A stretch of 64,000 bases of DNA, taken from Lingula anatina. Lineage: Eukaryota; Animalia; Brachiopoda. The notes under the pieces were generated by a model. That model saw only the letters and a program-made list of their open reading frames with translations. It searched no databases and was not told where the DNA came from. The position numbers and the translations under genes are program-made. Where the stretch lies: contig CM120643.1 of the NCBI GenBank assembly GCA_051362555.1, positions 20,960,848 to 21,024,847 on the forward strand, in the 5' to 3' direction. Below are positions 55,851-64,000 of this stretch, one piece after another (positions within the stretch are counted from its first letter, which is position 1; each line of letters opens with the position of its first letter).

Positions 55851-56782
55851 AAAGTATATAGAGAAAACAAGAAAAGAAAAATACCATATCAAAGTCATAG
55901 TTTCGGAAATATCTACAGCCTCGTCGTTAGTTTGTCTAAAGGATGGAATCAGCAAATATTCAGAAAAGATAAAACACATGGGAAAAATAATTTGTGAAGA
56001 CATGTCTTTTGCTCTTTCCCCATTAAAGTATTTGGTCGTTTAGATATACCGGGCCGTTTTAATAAGAAATAGCACTAAACTGAATTGATTGAAAAAAAAC
56101 TGCATTTTATCTGACGTGCTCCTTCACACCAATAACTCGCTTATGTCAGAAACTGCAATGGATTTCAGTGTGACTGTCTTAAATCGTGAATTATTTGTGG
56201 TCTCAATAATTGAATATGCACAATAAGTAATAAAGGCGTGCCTTACAACGTGGCAAAAAGAAGTCTTCACACCAATCCCTCCTTTTTTTAGCAATCCATA
56301 AATCTGGGACACATAACCCCTCAAATGAGATATGGATGAAGATCCGACAGAATTTTCTTCTTGGAAGAGTGATTTACTTCTGGGAAAGTTGGAGATAACA
56401 AGTCTCTTTGCATGTGCTTGCTAATTAGCAGTCTGTTTTCTAAAAACCGTGCTGAAGAAAGCAGAACTGCTTTAATTCATTTCCCACAGTTTTGGTTGCG
56501 TGCTTATCTACAAGGCAGTGAATATATAAATATACAAATCCAAATCCCATAATAACATCAATATTTGTAAATCTTACATGACTGACAAATACACACACAG
56601 CTCTGTCTGTGTAGATCAGTTGATGTGTGGCTTAGAAATAAGCTCTTACTGGCAACGAATGCTGGTGCAACTTCATTGAACCATGCATAAGCTTGTTTAT
56701 TTGGGTTAAGACACCTGATACATATCACCAGTCTGTAAGTCGACTGCAGATAGCTCCAAAGCATGGAACAAAGGTGCATATT

Positions 56783-57057
56783 AGGGGACCGGTTCCATAG
56801 AACAATTTTGGTCCGAAAGTTGGTCTCAGATTTTAAAACAAAATATAAATCTATTAGGCTTATTCAATTCGGGGTATATCTGTAGTCCACGTGATAATAA
56901 TAATTTCGTTCTTGCTATAGGGTAGGCACAACATGTGATATTACTGGACTACCATTAATACATTTCGGGTGAAAGTGGGCTAATACTTTTAAGTCTTAAA
57001 AGACTAAAGGTTTAGACCAACGTTCTGTCTAATCTCACTTAGTGAAACGAACCCCAG
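56783..57057. mobile_element. Degenerate Harbinger-like MITE
   Basis: ggggaccggttccatag ... cttagtgaaacggaacccc imperfect TIRs, similar in style to 11286-11454; a related end occurs at about 57870-57890. Confidence 0.45.
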
Positions 57058-58514
57058 GCCGAGATTATGAGCCCTTCCTTCTCACCTTAACGAACTGTTT
57101 TGTGTAGCTCATTTCCCGCTTAATTGCAAAGCATGCAAGTGCTTTCAATACAGGTTTCTAGCAAAGCACTTGCATGCGCTTAAAATACACCCTGCAGGCC
57201 TGCATACAGAAATGGCCAGGTAACACATATTCTGGTGTGTATTGGAAGAGGGGGAGGGGTTTTCTTAAAATAACTTCGGCCGAGAAATTGTTCTTAACTT
57301 TTCGACCAAAGTCTGGTCTGTTTCAGTTCAAGATACATCTATGGTAGTCCACTTGAAGAAAATGGGTATTCATCTAAAACATTAGCCAAGTCTTTTGTAT
57401 TTAAACAGGCTCAATATTTCATTTACTTATATACTGTATACTACTACTGATTTATCTGGGGTAGAAGTAAGCTTGTTGTTTACCAAAAAGTTTATACCAA
57501 TTTTCGGGGCATGCTTCACAAAAATGTTTCAAGTATTTGGGCTGAGCTTGGACCGTTAACCTAAGATCGGACAGCCAATCGAATACACAAAGTCGACTTG
57601 CAGCATTGGTGTTAATTATTTTAAAAGCTATTGGCCCACCATTAATGCATTTGGCATACCTATATGATACCATGGGCACTGAAAGTAAAAATCTTTGGCA
57701 AAACAACCACAGTTTGCCGAAGATGCTTAGTTAAAACTAAGTCCCACCAGGTGGGCCCGAGGTTAAAAGGCCAAAAAAGGGTCGAAGCCTATTTATTTAT
57801 CTTTATCAAACGCAACGTAGTAGGCTAAGTCCAGGTAGACTATGATGTTAGCCCAAACACTGACTATTGACTTTTATGAAACGGGTCCCAGAGCAGTTCC
57901 TTTGGGATAACCCATTGTCTTTATATCGGTGAATAGCAGGCGATTGGACGTCTTACGGTTTGTTCATTTTGTAACACGACCAGCGAGCGTCTGTTTCTAT
58001 GTTAGTTGTACAGAAACTGCGCGACCTAGCTCATAATTTTATAGCGACGCTGCTAATTACAGATATTGTGTCTTTCTACGAACTATTCTGATATCTATAT
58101 GTACAAATAAAGAACGCTTATACTGAGTTAATTCAAGCTGTATTGAAAAGTAGGGTCTTCACAGGAAAAACGTTCTTAGAGGTTAAAAGAGTCAAATCGG
58201 CTTTTGGGAGGCTGTATTGTTCCTGGAAATATTCAAGCCAGCTGGCGTTCCCTCCTGGCGCACGTGCATGTGGGCGGATTGCTCGTGCTCGTATTTATTT
58301 AAGCCTCCGTGTGATAACATGGCTGGGAATACAGTTGGTGGGGCGCTGTGATTGAAAGGCGGTCTGGAACTGGAAAGGAGATTCTAAAATAACTCCTACT
58401 TAACATTTAGATGTTTTTATAAGCTTCGTTACCGTGTGCACTCTTCACCTATGCCGTGTGGATATCTTTCGTACGTATGTTCTACATCTAGGTCAGTGTA
58501 ATTATCTATCGTAT

Positions 58515-58826
58515 CCCGCAAGAAAACGCAGTAGATACTCCAGCGCAGTAGACTACTGCAATCATACTGCAAACCGCAGTAGACTACTGCAATCATAAAA
58601 CATGCTTCAAATCTGCTTCGATTTGGGAGCTAATTAGCATATTTGAAACATATGTTTCTATCATGCTGCTAATCTACTGCATTAATGCTCCTCTCTGTAC
58701 AAACCTATGTACTTTTTGGAGTAGAATTGCAGTAGGCTATGCTGCATTTCTACTGCAAATATGCTCCACACCACTACTGCGTTAATGCTTCTTTGCTACT
58801 TCGATACTACTGCATTTTCGTGCGGG
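58515..58826. mobile_element. Non-autonomous CMC/EnSpm-like element
   Basis: at|cccgcaagaaaacgcagtag ... ctactgcattttcgtgcggg|at: CCC termini, 2-bp duplication, many internal gcagtag/ctactgc repeats. Confidence 0.75.
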
Positions 58827-60211
58827 ATTTAGGACCAGATTTAGGTCTCTTGGTGGGCCAAGTACTGCCAGCACCCTGGTCACCCTACACATGAACGATT
58901 GACTTGTGGCAAGCAAGCTTTGCACATTGAAATTCTATTGCTACATACTGCTCTTATACAACCCTTGTACTCTTTCTACTTTCTTTTTTTCACCTCTGTC
59001 ATCCAAATGTCATTTTCTCAATAATGTTAAACCGTTTTTCTTTTTTTACATATTTTTCGTGTTTTTCTGGCAACTGGCTTAGTTTACTTATAAATAAATC
59101 CGGTCTTGATCGTAACTTTGCATATAAGGTATTTTGACTTGAAGTCTTCAGTGACTGATATCATTTGCAAATTACAAAGCATCTATCGAATGTAAATATA
59201 AGTTGTACAAAGTGCCTAGTTTAATGCCGTCCTGAGCAGTTGGTAATATGTTACTAAATAGATTACGTCTTGCTTGGAAATTTTTGAGTTGAAAAAAAAA
59301 AAAAAAAAATTACGACATGAACCAAGTTTTGAATGTCTTAGTATCTTTTAACATCGAACTGCATATCTAACTGAACCAGTCTAGTATAACGTATTGACAA
59401 TTTGCTTAATAGTTTTTGTACTACGTGAGAGAGTCACCTAAACAGAGCCCCCCCCCCCTTACCATTTAATAACCTTAACTTAACAGCATAAAAGAAAAAA
59501 GAAAAAAAAAAAACCTGTGGAGAATAATTTGTCAAGGGAGTAATGCCTATAATAACTACTGATAACACTTGGTAGGTTTACAAGTAGAATGAGTCTTGCT
59601 TAGGCTAGTTCGGCAAATGAGTTCGTTTTCGTGCAGGTGGACCGTATGATGTAAGACGGCATGCGATCATATAGTCATTTATTTGCTATATGTGTTTTCC
59701 ATGATCATCAACTACTTGGCTTATTAGCAATGAAAGGAATCTGCTATTTGTGGCACAAGTGATTCATGTGTACGTTGAAAGTCAACTATCATTTATTATC
59801 TCTTAGATTTCCAAGATACACGTCCTGGGCAATATGGAGGGGGGAAGGCTGTGAAACCAAGTCGAGGCACAACACAGAAGTTTTAAAAAAGCACTAAAAC
59901 AATATTACACGCTAACTTTTCTTTCTCGATCTTCCATAGTGTTCCGATTTATGGTCTTCTTTTAAAAGGCCTCAATAACACAAAGCAGTAGTGGCAGTTT
60001 CTATCCTTTAATCGTACTATTTTCTTTAACTGATTTGATATCAAGATATGGGTAAGAATGCAAAAGCCGTAGGCCTAACCTCTGATTATGCCAGTTAAAG
60101 ACAGTTCTACCTATAGACTACTAGTAGATAACCTACAGATGTACAATAATAGACTCGTTCTACAGATCAGTAAGAACTGGCTCGTTGAAACAACGTAAAA
60201 AGATAGGAGAA

Positions 60212-60276
60212 TCCGAGAGAAATAATGTGATTATCCGAGAGAAATAATGTGATCTCCAAGAGAAATAATGTGATCT
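60212..60276. repeat. Three tandem units of about 21-22 bp
   Basis: tcc(g/a)agagaaataatgtgat repeated three times. Confidence 0.9.
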
Positions 60277-63200
60277 CTTATTTATTTTTGCACATGCATA
60301 CCGCGGTATTGCAGATCAGAATATAATGTTTGGAAAACCTTACAAATTCTTCGCTGTCTTGTTAACATCTCTTAACTCCAAAACAAACAAAAAGTTTTTT
60401 TGAGTTACCAATTTACAATGCATGCATTGAAGCTCACTGTTACTGTCCACGATAGTCAAACCAATATCATTGACCTAGAAAATCACGCCCAGATAAACGG
60501 TGAAATTCTAGTCCTTTCGAGTGGGATTCATATGGAAAGCACGAGTATGCTCCTAGCTGGTCGATTTTGTTTTTTCCAGGTAAAGCAGCTGTCCATCGCA
60601 TAGCTAACATATCCAGTTTCGTGCTCCAGTAGAGCGGGTCTATTTACATTACTTAGAAAAGTGCTGAACAACAAGGTTAATCAATCAAGTAAGAATGTCC
60701 CGTCAAAATGTAGCCCGCCTAGTCTTGCTGGGATGTTTTATTATGAACAGATTGGCTTTGCGTGGTGGTGTTTATTTATCATTAATGTGGACTTCTTCTG
60801 GTTTCTTTTCTTTTTGTTCTATCATTCTTTCGTACTGTCCTTTTATTCTGTCTCATTATGTGGGTTATAAGGTTCATACATTAACTCCCGTTTATTTCTT
60901 CTCTCTCTCTCTCTCTCTCTCTCTCACGTACGTACGTACGCGAGCACACATTTGCACACGCATGAGCTACATGTAATACCACAATAAAAATAAGTCTTTA
61001 CATCGTACATTTAATCGCCTTCTTTATATTCTAACATTGTAAAAACCGGTGGTAGCTCATCATCACCAGAAGCAGCAGGTTCTATGTGTTCCAGCTTAAA
61101 AACTTGATTTTTATGATGCATTCATACTAATTCGTGTTTTGTAGTTGGCGGAAATCAGATATATGCCTCCTTGAAAAGATATGTGGCGTAATTTTCTTTT
61201 AATGGGAACTGATCACAATCCGAGTTATTACTTCACCTTTGTTGCCTCATGGTGTGTACTGGTATTAAGAAAGCTTACAGTATCTTCTCTGGCGCCTATA
61301 TGAGCACGATATCTATCTATTTTGTCGAAAGTACTCACAGAAACCTTCGATTTTTTGGAAACAGAGATTGTTTGTACTCTTACACTATCTATACGGGACT
61401 ACCCGTGAAGTAGAGCAAGGCCTTGTATCTGTCTTCATCAAACTCAGAAACGAAGTTTATTTGAAAGCTGCCAGTCGTAATTGGACAACAAAAAGCACCA
61501 AATGGATAGAGTAAGTGAGTAAACCGTAAGATGAATGCGTCTGATAAGTCCAAATTGCTTGGCGGTTTCCTTTATTTGCGGGGAAACTAGGGGATTTATC
61601 AATAAGAGGCCTATGATTCTATGTTTTTTTAATGCGTATTTTGTCTACTGATAATTGACTGCATCTGTACCATTTCTAGATCGTCAGTTCTAGGCTCTCT
61701 GAAAGACCTCGATTTATTATTAGCAGTTAGCGTCAGGATGATTTATAAGCGCAAACAAGTGTGTTAAGTCCTCAAGATACGTCCAGGTAAACTGATTCCA
61801 GATATTTCGGACGTGCCAACATTTTTTAAGATTCGATATGCCTGTCTCACCCGTGATGTTTCCCCGTTGGATACTTCCCTTAATTTTGAGATTTTTTTCC
61901 TTGGTCATCCACCTGTATCACGTGTACGGGGTTTTAACTTCGTCGATTTGCAAGCTGATTTAAAAAATAAGAAGTGTCCCGCAATTTAATCATGGATAGC
62001 AATAGATTAAGAACCATAGTACAATTTACCTTTTGAATAAAAGTCCAAGTTGTTTCTTTCTGCTATATTACGTGCTCCATGAAGAAATGAAGGGGACTGG
62101 TTTTTTTTTAGTTTTATATCGATAACTCATGGCTGTAGTGACTGCGGGAACACGAACTAAAGAGACGTATGCCGTGTGGAAACCACCATAAAAGTGGTGT
62201 ATGTGCCGTATTATTAATGGGTGCTACCGTTAACATGATATAACGCTAAAAGATCTACCTTGAAAAAGGGAAACGCCGTTCATCACGTCAATACAATTAC
62301 CAAAGTGGAAGGGTTTGTAGCACTCAACCATATCAAAAGCGCTTTTCTTTAATCCTTAATCAATAGCGTGGATTTTTGCAATAAGTGGAATTTTGGGAGG
62401 TCCAGATTGGTTCTGTATTTGGCGCCTGCACTTCCTGCAATCTCAGGGCAAAGCACATTTACTGTTTATCTCTCCTTTGCACAAACTGACTTTGGCAAGA
62501 TTTTGTTACATCTTCGGCCAAGCAATTGAATAGCATGGCTGAGAACTTTCAACAATGTGTTATGAAAGATTGAGTTTTGGTGTGTTTTTTAATTTGCAAG
62601 GGTAGAGGCTAATACATACATACATACATATATACAATATGTACTCTTCCAACACATACACACACACACACACATGCCAGTGTGCTTTTTTTATCAGTAA
62701 CATATTTGAGTTCAGTGCCATATGGGCACGTAGATTACTAATATGGTGTACCACTACCTTTAAACCTAATTACTTGTGATGTTTATACACCTGTCTATCA
62801 CATTACCTATCATATACAACCACGGAAAGCACATATTTTTACTCAGAATGCAATGAAAAAGATAACGGTCTGGTTAAAAAACATGTTGAAATATATCCGG
62901 AGACATTTGCTTTTCAAAAGAGAACAGCATTCACATAGCACAACTCTGTGTTTATGGATCAGAATATCGCTCCCAGGCGGGGGTGCAGGCACTCTATGCA
63001 GACTTTAATCAGGGTCTGTATAAAAGAGGACCTAGTAAGGTTAAAAAAAATCAGTGTCTCTACATAAATTGCGGTAGAAATTAGATATTTAGAGCTGGAA
63101 AACGGTGACAAGTGACAAGGTTCAAAATTTTAAGTTTGAACTTTATAGATAAAGTCTAAAGCGCGCTGCATGCTTCTAAACTGGCGCCACCAGACGCTTA

Positions 63201-64000
63201 CATTCATTGGCCAACAAAGAGTTTCAGAATTTTAAGGCGCAACGTGTGTCCCTCCCCATCGACGACGCGCACTGGTTGTTTATAAAACATGGCGTCGAGA
63301 GTGCTCTAGAGATAAAGATTATTAAAATTTTAAGACAGAAAACATTAATCGAATAGTTTTTGTGGGCGATTCTATCAGACCACTCGATCTACCTTTTTAT
63401 TCGTGATTGTATTTGTTTTAATCTTACATTTCCATCCATTAACCTAATTTGCCTCAATTTGGAACGTGATAAGCATAAGTATTAGTCTCAGTGAATAGAA
63501 ACTATCCAAATTCACCAGCAAGTTATCGATAGATTCCCTGGAGACGTTTTTTGGTATTGTGAATCTATAAAACAGGGGAGTGAGGGCCAGCGTACCAAGT
63601 GACCTGTACTGAATAATTAACCTGGTTTAGAGGCACACAATAAGTGATGTACGTTAATAATAATAATAATAATTATTATTATTATATATAATTATTATTA
63701 TTTTTTTTATTTCCAGGAAAAAACATTTTTCTTTACAAAGGTCTACCTTTTTAAGGCTTCAGGTGCGTTAAAGTAGTGAGGTGTATCCGTGATTATTATG
63801 CACTGAGACCTGCCTAGTAAGAAACGAGCTCAATAAGTGGTGAGGGTTATATTTTCACCGATACATTTGTCCAGGTTTTTGCTACCCAGTAAATTGTCAT
63901 TCTAAAAAATTCCGAGCTTTTTTTGGTTCAGTTCAACTTTCAAAAAATTAACCCTAATTGTTTAGATAGTTTGGGGAACGCAGTGCTTTGGTTACGGAGC

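Noticed and set aside
60212-60276. Short tandem repeat considered as a CRISPR-like array
   Set aside because: No spacers; an ordinary minisatellite.
51983-64000. Further RGK exons (G4/G5, C-terminal motif) or a nested gene
   Set aside because: No exon with recognisable coding signal was found by eye; the short ORFs look random, so the region is treated as intron.

Overview
AT-rich, intron-containing animal genomic DNA, probably an invertebrate; the lineage cannot be fixed from this window. I assembled the exons by hand from GT-AG sites and reading frame. Left to right: (1) a small coiled-coil gene on the - strand, head-to-head with PSMD7/Rpn8 (+, 6 coding exons); (2) mitochondrial D-lactate dehydrogenase LDHD (-), carrying two 91-nt duplicated, apparently mutually exclusive exons in the substrate-binding domain; (3) RPL14 (+, 5'TOP/TCT start, head-to-head with LDHD), hosting three copies of a C/D-box snoRNA that resembles SNORD65/snR77 but has G at the target-pairing position; (4) a head-to-tail duplication of about 9 kb, giving two intact 10-exon genes for a probably secreted FAD-linked oxidoreductase of the gulonolactone/arabinonolactone oxidase family, with patchy sequence identity between the copies; (5) the first two coding exons of an RGK (Rad/Gem/Rem)-like protein whose G1 and G3 motifs are degenerate. 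Many non-autonomous DNA transposons, a Tc1 remnant, a LINE 3' fragment, a Helentron-type element and microsatellites are interspersed. No CRISPR array, rRNA or tRNA gene was seen.
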